A stretch of DNA of 64,000 nt from a virus, in the IMG/VR virus record IMGVR_UViG_3300045988_179398, positions 1 to 64,000 of that record; one strand, 5' to 3'. Shown here piece by piece: positions 14,359 through 24,274 of this stretch. The notes beneath the pieces were generated by a model. It saw only the letters and a list, made by a program, of their open reading frames with translations, was not told where the DNA came from and did no database searches. Each line of letters begins with the position of its first letter. The stretch's first letter is position 1. Both the position numbers and the translations under genes were made by a program.

Positions 14359-17169
14359 ATGCCAGTTTTGCAAAACCTGTATCAGGTTTATAAATTACCA
14401 TCGAGTTTTATCGTGGAAAACAATTTAAAAATCGATAATTATACTCGAAAACGAGCAATCCAAGACGGCAATCTTGTAAGCGTCGGCGATAATATGGTAT
14501 TTTATAAAATTCGGGATTATTATGGGGATACAAGAAGCCACAAAGAGATTTTTGACGCGGTGCAAAATCTTAGAACAACTCTTCGCATTTGTAAAAGAGA
14601 AGGTAAGATACTCGAAGGGCACATTGTAAATCAACAAATTCAAGACATTCTTTTTGTGAAAGATATAATCGTTGTGGTTTGCGAGAAGAAATCTGAATAT
14701 CTAAAAATCGGAACAAAAGGTTTTGAAGTAAACGGAGTTAGATACACGAGGCTTTGTGCAGGTGCAGGTAATTTGCGCCGCAACAACGCAATTTATGTAA
14801 ACGAGAAGCTTTACTCTTATCTTTATGAAGTGTTTATGTGCGGGCTCGCCGACAGACTCAAAGAAGCGGTTCTCCCGAAGCTCGGTGCATATTTTGCCCT
14901 TTCTTTCTCATCGGTTTTGTGGGTTAGAACACCGCGAGTTTGCGTGATAAAAGATTTCGAAACGACGCTCCCCAATCAAAATGTTGATTTCATTTGCCGA
15001 AAGGAAGAATTGGACGAAGAGGGTAAACCCCGAACGAAACATTACATTGAAAAGCGTGTGATGGATTTAACGCTCAATAGTGCGGACGGACAGGGTTTAG
15101 TAGATCCCGAATTCAGTAAATTGTGGGCGGAGGATATGCAGCTCGATTACGTACCTTCGTCGTTTGTTGTAAGAAGCTCATTTGTAAAAGGAAATCTCGT
15201 TCCGTTTGATTTTAAGGCTTACGCAGCGGAACATGGAATAGACAAAATTAAAGACAGATGGGGCGTTGAATACCCGTTGAATGAAATTGACGTTTTATTA
15301 AGCGAGTCGCAGTTCAAAGAATATAAGGAATATTCGAGCTGGCAGGAGTATTTGTATTATTTCAACAAATACAAGCTCCGTTGGGGCGTCGCCCGTTATA
15401 ATAAGAAACACGATGACGAATACGTCCTCGCGAATTATCAATACATTCAGGCGCTCACCCTTTCAAAGGAAGATATTCACGGGTTAATTCAACCGACAAT
15501 TGATTGGATAAAAAATATTTGTTCGGGCGATGATTTGTATAGTCTTCTTTTTATGTTCGGAGGCAAAAGCGAAGACATAACTTACGAAAGAATGTACTCT
15601 TCGGCGCAATCGACGTTTATGAAGGCGATCGTGAAAAACAACGAAATGCTGAAAGACGCGCACGTTCAACGGAAGATTTACAAAAACATTGTCGAGTGTA
15701 TAAACCGCGCGAAGATTGGCAAGATTTGGGTGAGAGGAAATTACCAGTTTATGATTTCCGACCCGATCGCGCAGTGCCAGTCGGCGTTGGGATTACCAGT
15801 TAAAGGGGAAATTCCAGCAAAAAATATTTATTCCGAATTTTGGAATAATAGAGGGTTAACTGGGAAGGAAGTTGATTGTTGCAGAAGCCCTCAAATAGAT
15901 ACAAGTGAACACACTCCTTCAGTTGTTTATAATTCTGAAAACGCATATAAATGGTATCAATATATAAAAAGTGGAGTTATTTTTAGTATTTATGATACTG
16001 CAACACTTTTTTTGTCAGATGCGGACTTCGATGGGGATTTGTGTTTCAGCTCGGATAATGAATATTTTTTAAAAGGCAGTGCTCGTGTTGAAAACGTTAT
16101 AACCTATGAAAAAGGGATTGCCGTTAAAGAAAAAATAAGCAGGCAAAGTTTTGTAAAAAAAGATCTTATGGGGTTTGGCACGGCAGTAGGAAGTTTTTCT
16201 AATACGGCAACAATTCTTTATTCAATGATCGGGATTTTTAATAAACCCGAACAGGAGGAACAAAGAAAAGAGTTGAAAACGAGAATTAAACTTCTTCGCG
16301 AATACGTCGGGCAGGAAATCGACAGAGCAAAACTCGGAATAAAGCAGCAAAAACTACCAGATGAGTGGAAAAAGCACGTTAAAGTAAACGAAGACGACAC
16401 GGACGAAGTAAAGGCGGAAAAATATAAACATAACTCGATGGTTATTTGTAAAAAACCGTATTTCTTCCGTTATCTTTATCCCGAACTCAACAAAAAATTC
16501 AAGCAGTTCGAAAACGGTTATAACATCGTTTCAAAAGATATGTTCGGTATTAAGTTCAAAAAACTTCTCGCAAAGCCCGATAAAACCGAGGCAGAGAAGA
16601 TGCTTGTTAGAAGATACCAAAAATACTCTCCGCTAATCGTTTCAAATTGCACGATGAATATTTTATGCAAAGAGTTTGAAAACGTTGATTTCGATATAAA
16701 GTTCGGGAAGTCTAACACAAATCTTCTCAATCTTTATCAAAACGAAGGATTCGAGGCGGATACAAAAATTCTTGCGAAATTCCGAAACGCTTATCGGAAA
16801 TATAACAACAAAAAAACGGTTCACGTGCTCGATGACGTTTTTGAAAACAAAGACGAAGACGATATAAAGAGTATTTATAATCTCGTTCTCGATACGGCGA
16901 AGCAGGAAATTCAGGAAGAAATTTTCGGGTTCGGGTTAAAACCCAAGGAAATGCTCTTTTACGTTGGTCAGCTCGCAAAGGAATACACGAATTTTAATTG
17001 GAGCTTCGTTTGGGACATAATGGATTCAATCGTTCTTGAAGGCGTTGAACAAGGAAAAAGTTACGCACCAGTTCGTTCGGAAGACGGAGAAGAATATCTC
17101 GGCGAGAAGTTCGCGCTTAAAGAAGTTGTGAAGAAAGCCGAAGGGGAGGTTTATACGAATGTTGAATGA
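14359..17169 (+). CDS. single-subunit two-barrel RNA polymerase-like protein (YonO / eukaryotic-type RdRP-like)
   Basis: LSDADFDGDLCF (aa 552-563, nt 16018-16038 for DADFDGD) matches the beta-prime NADFDGD metal-binding motif. CRSPQI lies upstream (cf NRAPTL). AGAGNLRRNNAIYV resembles the RdRP SxSQLR segment. 936 aa. Confidence 0.6.
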   Translation: MPVLQNLYQVYKLPSSFIVENNLKIDNYTRKRAIQDGNLVSVGDNMVFYKIRDYYGDTRSHKEIFDAVQNLRTTLRICKREGKILEGHIVNQQIQDILFVKDIIVVVCEKKSEYLKIGTKGFEVNGVRYTRLCAGAGNLRRNNAIYVNEKLYSYLYEVFMCGLADRLKEAVLPKLGAYFALSFSSVLWVRTPRVCVIKDFETTLPNQNVDFICRKEELDEEGKPRTKHYIEKRVMDLTLNSADGQGLVDPEFSKLWAEDMQLDYVPSSFVVRSSFVKGNLVPFDFKAYAAEHGIDKIKDRWGVEYPLNEIDVLLSESQFKEYKEYSSWQEYLYYFNKYKLRWGVARYNKKHDDEYVLANYQYIQALTLSKEDIHGLIQPTIDWIKNICSGDDLYSLLFMFGGKSEDITYERMYSSAQSTFMKAIVKNNEMLKDAHVQRKIYKNIVECINRAKIGKIWVRGNYQFMISDPIAQCQSALGLPVKGEIPAKNIYSEFWNNRGLTGKEVDCCRSPQIDTSEHTPSVVYNSENAYKWYQYIKSGVIFSIYDTATLFLSDADFDGDLCFSSDNEYFLKGSARVENVITYEKGIAVKEKISRQSFVKKDLMGFGTAVGSFSNTATILYSMIGIFNKPEQEEQRKELKTRIKLLREYVGQEIDRAKLGIKQQKLPDEWKKHVKVNEDDTDEVKAEKYKHNSMVICKKPYFFRYLYPELNKKFKQFENGYNIVSKDMFGIKFKKLLAKPDKTEAEKMLVRRYQKYSPLIVSNCTMNILCKEFENVDFDIKFGKSNTNLLNLYQNEGFEADTKILAKFRNAYRKYNNKKTVHVLDDVFENKDEDDIKSIYNLVLDTAKQEIQEEIFGFGLKPKEMLFYVGQLAKEYTNFNWSFVWDIMDSIVLEGVEQGKSYAPVRSEDGEEYLGEKFALKEVVKKAEGEVYTNVE

Positions 17170-17764
17170 TACGACGATAAATCGGTTATTAGAGACAAAA
17201 GAGATAACCTCTCTCGACGAGTTGAAACAACTAACGATTTATTTCACGCAAAAGGGAGCTGATGTTTCTCAAATACTTGAAACGCTCGAAAAGTACGAAA
17301 TCAAATTCGAGATAAAAGGCGTAAAAATCGAAGAAATCGTTCGGCTTTTGGTTGTGATAAACCCACCCTCGAAAAAAGAGAAACAGGAAGAGTTCGAGAT
17401 TTACGAGTCGGAAGTTCGTTATTTACAAAGTGTTAAAAACGAGGCCGACAGAAAAATTCTCTTTTTGCTTTTGGCGATATCGAAATACGATAATCACCCG
17501 ACGGGGTGGATAAAATACAATCGTGACTTGCTTTTCAATTTTTGGGGACTAAAACTCACAAACCCCAAAAAATCAGAGGTTATAAAACGGTGTTGTGAGA
17601 GTGGTGCGATTGATTTACGCGTTATCGGAAGTAAGAACCCTATTGTATGTTTTAAGGTGAATTTCAGGAGTTACGATTTTGCCAACGCGGTGGCAAAGTT
17701 GAGGTTTGAAGATAATTTGATTGCTGACTTTTACGACAGTTATTTATATGGAGAGAGCGAATGA
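17159..17764 (+). CDS. hypothetical protein (201 aa)
   Basis: Track ORF with GGGGAGG upstream. Overlaps the end of the upstream gene. Confidence 0.75.
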   Translation: MLNDTTINRLLETKEITSLDELKQLTIYFTQKGADVSQILETLEKYEIKFEIKGVKIEEIVRLLVVINPPSKKEKQEEFEIYESEVRYLQSVKNEADRKILFLLLAISKYDNHPTGWIKYNRDLLFNFWGLKLTNPKKSEVIKRCCESGAIDLRVIGSKNPIVCFKVNFRSYDFANAVAKLRFEDNLIADFYDSYLYGESE

Positions 17765-18558
17765 ACGATTATATATTTGATTGGGCGGAAAACAGTGAAA
17801 AGATTTTGGCGGGCGGAGGTTACACAACCAAAGTCCACCAAACTTTCGAACAGATAATGCTTTTCGCGTATTTAAGAGAAAGAGGATATAGCAAAGACGA
17901 GATATTTAGTTTGTGGATTAAAACCAATTCGTTGCTTCTCCAAAAAATCGGGGACGATAAGGACCAGAGGGATAAGTATTTTGGGAAATTGTTCGCGGAT
18001 TCGACGAAATATAAGATCGAGAAAGGAAATCGGATAGATATTTATCAGAGCGAGATTGATTTTATCAATAATATGGAAGTGAGCATGTGGATAAAACAGT
18101 ACGTTCTCGCAATGTTGTGTATTTATAAGTGGTATGGGAAGGAATGGTGCGTTTATAACGATAAAATTAAGAGATTTTGTTATAGTTGTACGAGCACAAA
18201 AATAGAGAGAGAGCGAAATGTTGGTTTACTTCATTTATGTCTTGATAAATATAAACCATACATTATCAATACGCGTAATGATTTTTTATCTTATAAAATT
18301 TTAATACCCAAAAAGAATATTAAAATAAAAACTTTAAATGATCCAAGGGAAATAGATAAATTATTTATTTTTTTAACACATGAAAAAAAATGTTCTTTAT
18401 GCGGTAATTGTTTTGAGTATCGAGATAATACGATAAATCTATCAGAGTGTCCAATTTGTAGAAAAAAGATAAGATACAAGAGGCAATATCAAAATATTGT
18501 TACCCGAGGGGGTTCGGAAAAATCCTATAATAGTGAAAACAGACAAATAACTGATTAA
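17761..18558 (+). CDS. hypothetical protein (265 aa) with C-terminal CxxC...CxxC zinc ribbon
   Basis: ATGA start/stop overlap with the upstream ORF. Contains CSLCGNCFEY...CPICRKK. Confidence 0.75.
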   Translation: MNDYIFDWAENSEKILAGGGYTTKVHQTFEQIMLFAYLRERGYSKDEIFSLWIKTNSLLLQKIGDDKDQRDKYFGKLFADSTKYKIEKGNRIDIYQSEIDFINNMEVSMWIKQYVLAMLCIYKWYGKEWCVYNDKIKRFCYSCTSTKIERERNVGLLHLCLDKYKPYIINTRNDFLSYKILIPKKNIKIKTLNDPREIDKLFIFLTHEKKCSLCGNCFEYRDNTINLSECPICRKKIRYKRQYQNIVTRGGSEKSYNSENRQITD

Positions 18559-18571
18559 AGGAGAAAACAAG

Positions 18572-19765
18572 ATGATAAATTTCGAAGATATAGATTATAA
18601 ACGCCTTGACGAAGAAACCGAAGATGATTACACTCTTCGTATATGTGCGTTAAAAGAAATAAAACATCTTTATTGGGATGAAATTGCCCAAATAATAAAT
18701 AGAACGCTTGATCAAAATTATACCGAGAGCAGATATAGAAAAATGTATTCCGCTTACACGAAAGGAAAAGCGGATGCAGTTAAGGAAGAGGAAATCCCAG
18801 AAATCTCCGAATATATGCAACAGAAAATTGAACTCCAAAAAGAGCGTATAAAAATCTCCGACGAAAGAGTTCAAACAAATGCTTATATCCGTCAACTTGC
18901 GAGAGAAGAAACGATTAAAGAGATAGCCTCGAAATGTGCTCAGGAAATGAACTCCAAAAAGCTCCTGGAAGTCCGTAAAATTGATAGAGATTTTTTTGGC
19001 GAAGGAAATTCCGCGATTGTTTGTTTGAGCGATTGGCATTACGGTATTGATATAAAAAATTATTGGAATGTTTACAATCCAGACATAGCGAAAGAGCGTG
19101 TTGCAAAATTACGCGATGAAGTTAGAGTTTATTGCTTTGCAAACGGCGTAAAAGATTTACATGTTGTAAACCTCAGCGATTTAATTTGCGGACGTATCCA
19201 CCTCGGGTTGAGACTCGAAAGTAGATTTGATGTGATAACTCAGGTAATGCAGGTTTCTGAAATTCTTGCCGAGTTGTTAAACGATTGGGCGACAGATTTC
19301 GAAATTCATTATTACGACTGTCTTGATAATCATAGCCGTCTCGAACCGAATAAGAAAGATGCAATGGATTTGGAAAGTCTTGCAAGAGTAATCCCGTGGT
19401 ATCTCAAAGAACGTTTGAATAACAGAATTGTAATTCATGAAAACGAATACGATGAGGGAATTATAACATTCAAATGTCACGGTTACGAAGTAGTTGGCGT
19501 TCACGGGGATCACGATAAACCAAGCACAGTTGTTGATAATATGAGTTTGATGACACATAAACACTACGATTTAGTTGTGACGGCTCATCTCCATCATTTC
19601 TCGGCGGATGAGAAAAACGAAACGGTAGTTGTGAGCAATGGTTCGCTGATGGGGACAGACACATATGCAAAGAATTTGAGACTAAGTAGCAAGGCGTCAC
19701 AAAATCTTATTATCGCGACCGACAATTCACCTTGCGAATGTATATATAGAATAATTTTGAATTAA
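18572..19765 (+). CDS. calcineurin-like metallophosphoesterase (SbcD/Mre11-like nuclease or phosphatase)
   Basis: Ordered motifs CLSDWHYG (DxH), NLSDLICGRIH, GVHGDHD, VTAHLHH. The N-terminal roughly 130 aa are unrelated. Confidence 0.55.
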   Translation: MINFEDIDYKRLDEETEDDYTLRICALKEIKHLYWDEIAQIINRTLDQNYTESRYRKMYSAYTKGKADAVKEEEIPEISEYMQQKIELQKERIKISDERVQTNAYIRQLAREETIKEIASKCAQEMNSKKLLEVRKIDRDFFGEGNSAIVCLSDWHYGIDIKNYWNVYNPDIAKERVAKLRDEVRVYCFANGVKDLHVVNLSDLICGRIHLGLRLESRFDVITQVMQVSEILAELLNDWATDFEIHYYDCLDNHSRLEPNKKDAMDLESLARVIPWYLKERLNNRIVIHENEYDEGIITFKCHGYEVVGVHGDHDKPSTVVDNMSLMTHKHYDLVVTAHLHHFSADEKNETVVVSNGSLMGTDTYAKNLRLSSKASQNLIIATDNSPCECIYRIILN

Positions 19766-19873
19766 AAAAGTTGATAAAACGATTGGGACAGGGAGTCATG
19801 ACCTTTTCCACAACTCCTTTTTGTGGAATTACCAATCTTTTATAATATTTTGTTTTTTTAGAAGGAGCTAAAA

Positions 19874-21046
19874 ATGAGTAGTAAAAAAAATAATATTACC
19901 AAAGAGAACTTATATGATTTGTATATAATACAAGACAAAACTATTGAAGAATGTGCGGAATATTTTAATTGTAGCAAATCTGTTATAAGAAGAAGGATAG
20001 CACAATATAATATTAAATTAAAGGGGCATTCTTATACGAGAAGACATATAATACCAAAAGATAAGCTTTATAAATTTTTTATAAGAGAAAACCATTCGTT
20101 AAAAGAAACCGCCAGCAAATTTGGGTGTTCTGGCGCGACAATATTACTAAGATGTAAAGAATATGGTATAAGAAAACTGGGAAATATAGTTGATAAAGAT
20201 GAATTATATCAGTATTATATTGTAGAGAATCATACCAAGAAACAATGTAATCAATTTTTTAATTGTTATGTCGACCCGTATCTTCAAAAATATGGAATAT
20301 TAAAACCAAAAGATAAAATCAATGAGAATACGTGGCATGAAAAATACCATGTTGATGTTGATTGTTTATATGATTTATATATAGCTAAAAATCATACGGT
20401 TGATGAATGTGCGGAATTTTTTAAATGTCCAAAATCTAAAATAGAAATAACATTGCGAAAGAACAATATACACAAGGTTAATACTATTCCAATACCAAAA
20501 GATGAACTATATAATTATTACATAGAAGAAAATCATACAGCCTATGAAACGGCTGAATTTTTTAATACCACCGTTTCAAAGGTGTTTTATTGGGCAAATA
20601 AAGTTTATGGAATAAAGAAAGATGTCTATAAAGCAAATGAGTTAACGCAGAAGAAAATGCGTGAAAACAAAACTTTTAATAGTTCCAAACAAGAAGATTT
20701 ATTTTATGAATATTTAGTAGGCAAATATGGAAAAGATGATATAATCAGACAATACAAGGAAGAAAGATATCCGTTTAATTGTGATTTTTATATAAAATCG
20801 AAAGATATTTTTGTAGAGTTAAATCTTAATTGGACGCATGGCAGAGAACCATTTGATTTTACAAATCTAAATCATATACAAAAAGCTAAGATATTAGAGG
20901 AAAGATCGGTTTATTCTGATTTTTATAAGATTGCTTTAAATGTTTGGACTGAACGCGACCCGAACAAAATTAAAACAGCAAAATTGAATAATCTTAATTA
21001 CGTTATGTATTATAATGTTAAAGATTTGTATGATGGCAGAGTGTAG
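19874..21046 (+). CDS. multi-HTH protein with C-terminal Vsr/DUF559-like PD-(D/E)XK nuclease domain (homing-endonuclease-like), paralog A
   Basis: Five tandem units of about 40 aa (xxLYxxYIxxNxTxxExAxxFxxSxSxI). C-terminus EDLFYEYL...FNCDFYIKSKDIFVELNLNWTHG. Confidence 0.65.
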   Translation: MSSKKNNITKENLYDLYIIQDKTIEECAEYFNCSKSVIRRRIAQYNIKLKGHSYTRRHIIPKDKLYKFFIRENHSLKETASKFGCSGATILLRCKEYGIRKLGNIVDKDELYQYYIVENHTKKQCNQFFNCYVDPYLQKYGILKPKDKINENTWHEKYHVDVDCLYDLYIAKNHTVDECAEFFKCPKSKIEITLRKNNIHKVNTIPIPKDELYNYYIEENHTAYETAEFFNTTVSKVFYWANKVYGIKKDVYKANELTQKKMRENKTFNSSKQEDLFYEYLVGKYGKDDIIRQYKEERYPFNCDFYIKSKDIFVELNLNWTHGREPFDFTNLNHIQKAKILEERSVYSDFYKIALNVWTERDPNKIKTAKLNNLNYVMYYNVKDLYDGRV

Positions 21047-21076
21047 CTTTTGCCATTTTTTTATAAGGAGTAAAAG

Positions 21077-21943
21077 ATGATAAAACAAGTAAAAAGGGAA
21101 GTTGAAGAAGAAAATATAATAGACAGCGTGTTATCGTCTGAAACGAATGAAACCATAGATCCTACCGAAGGGTTGTCGGAAGAAGATTTAGCAAATAGGC
21201 GAGAAGTTTTGTCGATATTTCATTATGACCCATTTGAAAGAGAATGTTTATCAGATCGTAAAAAAATGTATAGAGATGTTACCATAATGGTCACACCAGA
21301 TCTCTCAACTGATTTACCAAAACAAAGAGGATGTATTGATTTGGTTCGAAGTTATTTGAGAGCCGATAAAATTTCGGTAGCAATTCAAGAGCTCACGAAA
21401 GATGCGGATACGATGATAAATAATGATAAAAAATTAAAAACCTTGCAGGATTTTCAAAAGACAACGAGCGACATAATCCAAAAAAACTTAAAAGATTTTG
21501 GATTTAGTGAGCGTTATTCGTTAGCAAAAAGTAAGGGTGTTGGAACGCTTTCTTATATAATGCGTGAAAGTGAAGAAGTCGACCGCGATGACGAGAAAAT
21601 AAATATTTACGACGTTGAAACAAGCAAAAGTATGCAGTTGGCAAGCGACATAAGCGCCGAATCGTTTTTTAAGCAAATCGCGTTGAATGCGGGCGATTAT
21701 AAGGATATCGTAACGAAACAGAAAAAATTAATCAAAGAATTGACGGATGAAAATAAAAAACTCAAAGAAGAAAATCGGCTTATTTACGAACAAATAACCA
21801 AAGAGGAGCTTTTGAAAGAACTTGCAAAGAAACTCGAAGGGAAAGGTTTAGGGCGTAGAGAAATACAGGATATGGTTCTCGCAGAAATTCATTATGATGA
21901 TAATGAAATAAAAGAAATGAAGAAGCGAGGTAAAAATAAATGA
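21077..21943 (+). CDS. hypothetical protein; possible small terminase subunit (by position only)
   Basis: Immediately upstream of terL, which it overlaps. Coiled-coil C-terminus. No motif recognised. Confidence 0.35.
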   Translation: MIKQVKREVEEENIIDSVLSSETNETIDPTEGLSEEDLANRREVLSIFHYDPFERECLSDRKKMYRDVTIMVTPDLSTDLPKQRGCIDLVRSYLRADKISVAIQELTKDADTMINNDKKLKTLQDFQKTTSDIIQKNLKDFGFSERYSLAKSKGVGTLSYIMRESEEVDRDDEKINIYDVETSKSMQLASDISAESFFKQIALNAGDYKDIVTKQKKLIKELTDENKKLKEENRLIYEQITKEELLKELAKKLEGKGLGRREIQDMVLAEIHYDDNEIKEMKKRGKNK

Positions 21944-23844
21944 TAAGTTTATATAGCCGAAAAACAGAAACCGACCTTACGATACGTAAAAAAGAGTCGA
22001 TGGACAAATATGTCGATTTGATTCAATGGGGAAGAGAAAACCCAACGAAATTTATCGAAGAAATTTTCGGGATACAACTTATCGACTTTCAAAAAAACCT
22101 TATTCTCGGAACGTGGACTTCAAACCGCGCGGTTTGGTGTGCTGCTCGTAACAGCGGTAAATCATTCTTGGTTGCGATATATGCAATGCTTCGAGCGCTT
22201 CTTTTGCCAAATTGCACGATTTATATCGTATCTAACTCGGCTGACCAAGCGCAAGCGACCTTTAACAAAATTTGTAAATTATGCCGTGGTGAAGAGCAGT
22301 CGGTTCAGACAGACCCCTGTATGTTTTATAACGAGTTGGTTAAAAGCAACGCCAACACCGATGGTTTCATAAAGAAACAAGGTAATTATTCGCTCACGCT
22401 TTTTAACGGCAGCACAATTCAAACACTCGCAGCAAACCCTGATACCGCTCGTGGTCGCCGTGCGAATGTAGTTATATTTGATGAGGCGGCATACGTTTCT
22501 GATGTCATGTATCAAGCGTGTTTGCCTTTCATCAACCAAGACCCGAACTTCAAAACAGGGAAAGGTTTCAATTCGAAGGTTCACCCGAAGACTTTCAATA
22601 ACCAGATTATAATGTGTTCTTCGGCAGGAAGCGTTAATACCGAATGTTATAGAGCTTATAGACAATGTATAATAAATTCGATTATTGGTTATCCAGGATA
22701 TTACGCCGCAGATATAAATTGCGAGATGACACTGCATCCTTATATAAACGGTAAACCCGTTCCAGCGATAGCGAATAAGGCTGAAATGGAAATGATAAGA
22801 GATACCGATATTCGAAAATACAACACGGAATTTATGAATTTGTGGACAGATATGGAATCGCCCGATTCGCTTCTTCAACGTTCCGTAATAATTCGTAACG
22901 AAAAAAAATACTTACCCGAAACCGCGAGTACCGACAAAACGAAGAAATACGTTGTTTGTTGGGACCCAGCCGTTCAACACGATAACAGCATTGTTTTGAT
23001 CGGGGAAATATTCAGAGATGAAAAAGTTGGATTAAAAGGCAGGTTAGTAAACTGCTTCAACCTTATTGAACCCGCCAAACCAGGCGGAGGAGAAAGGCAA
23101 CCACTTCGAATGCCAGACCAAATCACTTGGGTTCGTAAGTTTTTGCGCGATTATAACAACGCAGAGAATCACGAATACACAAACGTAACGCTTCGAATGG
23201 ACTCAGGTTCGGGTGCAGGTGGTAAAAGCATACCAGATTACTTAATGGCGTCTTATACAGATGAAAACGGTGTTAGGCATGTCGGTGTTTATGACAGCAA
23301 ATTTAACCCAGATGTTGATGATGTCGGCACGTCGTATCAAAACATGCACAGGGACAAATTCCCCGAAGCGGTAGATTGTTTACAAGCGGTAGACCCGCGT
23401 AAATACAGAACTGAGATGTTCGGCGCGTTGACTTCGATGATTACACAGGATTACATCGAGTTCCCACCATCGCTTCCTTCGCGTGGTGAAATTGAAAACG
23501 AAGATGGTTCGGTATATAAGTTGTCGCTAGAGGAGACCCGCGCGTTACTCGAATTTGACCTCTTGAAAGACGAAGCGGTAAGGATGCAACAAACGAAATT
23601 GACGACGGGCGAAGTGAAATACGCAATGCCAAGCGGCAAAGATCACGACGATAGAGTTTATTGTCTTGCTCTTTTCGCCTCTTATTTGGCAAATATGCGC
23701 CAAGCCGAAAATCGTGCGTCTGAAAATAATAACACAAGTGAATTTGCCGATTATATAATGAGCCGTATTAGAGAAGGCGACGGCAAAAAGACTCAAAACC
23801 CGTTCGCGGGTAAATCAAATCCGTTCGCGGGTAAAAAGTGGTAA
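21940..23844 (+). CDS. terL: terminase large subunit
   Basis: Walker A-like WCAARNSGKSF, Walker B NVVIFDEAAYV, RNase-H-like nuclease segment VVCWDPAVQHDNSIVLIGE. 634 aa. Confidence 0.85.
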   Translation: MISLYSRKTETDLTIRKKESMDKYVDLIQWGRENPTKFIEEIFGIQLIDFQKNLILGTWTSNRAVWCAARNSGKSFLVAIYAMLRALLLPNCTIYIVSNSADQAQATFNKICKLCRGEEQSVQTDPCMFYNELVKSNANTDGFIKKQGNYSLTLFNGSTIQTLAANPDTARGRRANVVIFDEAAYVSDVMYQACLPFINQDPNFKTGKGFNSKVHPKTFNNQIIMCSSAGSVNTECYRAYRQCIINSIIGYPGYYAADINCEMTLHPYINGKPVPAIANKAEMEMIRDTDIRKYNTEFMNLWTDMESPDSLLQRSVIIRNEKKYLPETASTDKTKKYVVCWDPAVQHDNSIVLIGEIFRDEKVGLKGRLVNCFNLIEPAKPGGGERQPLRMPDQITWVRKFLRDYNNAENHEYTNVTLRMDSGSGAGGKSIPDYLMASYTDENGVRHVGVYDSKFNPDVDDVGTSYQNMHRDKFPEAVDCLQAVDPRKYRTEMFGALTSMITQDYIEFPPSLPSRGEIENEDGSVYKLSLEETRALLEFDLLKDEAVRMQQTKLTTGEVKYAMPSGKDHDDRVYCLALFASYLANMRQAENRASENNNTSEFADYIMSRIREGDGKKTQNPFAGKSNPFAGKKW

Positions 23845-23857
23845 AAGGAAATAAAAG

Positions 23858-24274
23858 ATGATTGGAAAATTAGTAGTAGATTACGAAGAAGTAAGTTTGG
23901 GAGATTTATTGGAGTTTTTAACCGATAAAGGTATAGAATGTTGCGTTGATGGTGATAATATTTATGTTTATACTTGTCAACCCGAGGGGGTTCGGAAAAA
24001 TCCTATAATAGTGAAAGAGAAGAAAATACAAAATTATTTCTTCAAAGAATTAACCTCGCCGCCGACTCGCACGCCGACAAATTACGTGCAAACTTGGCTT
24101 TTGGAGAAATTCAATGAACAAGAATATCTTCGCTTCGAAGAAAAGCATCAAGCCGAATTAAAAAAGGCGCAAGAAAATATCCAGAGGGCGATGGAAGAGT
24201 ATAAGCAGTTATACACAAAATACGTAAACCAACAAAACAAGGAGGCGCAGTCCGATGGCGGATCAAACAACTAA
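23858..24274 (+). CDS. hypothetical protein (138 aa)
   Basis: Track ORF with an SD. Lies between terL and the putative portal gene. Confidence 0.7.
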   Translation: MIGKLVVDYEEVSLGDLLEFLTDKGIECCVDGDNIYVYTCQPEGVRKNPIIVKEKKIQNYFFKELTSPPTRTPTNYVQTWLLEKFNEQEYLRFEEKHQAELKKAQENIQRAMEEYKQLYTKYVNQQNKEAQSDGGSNN

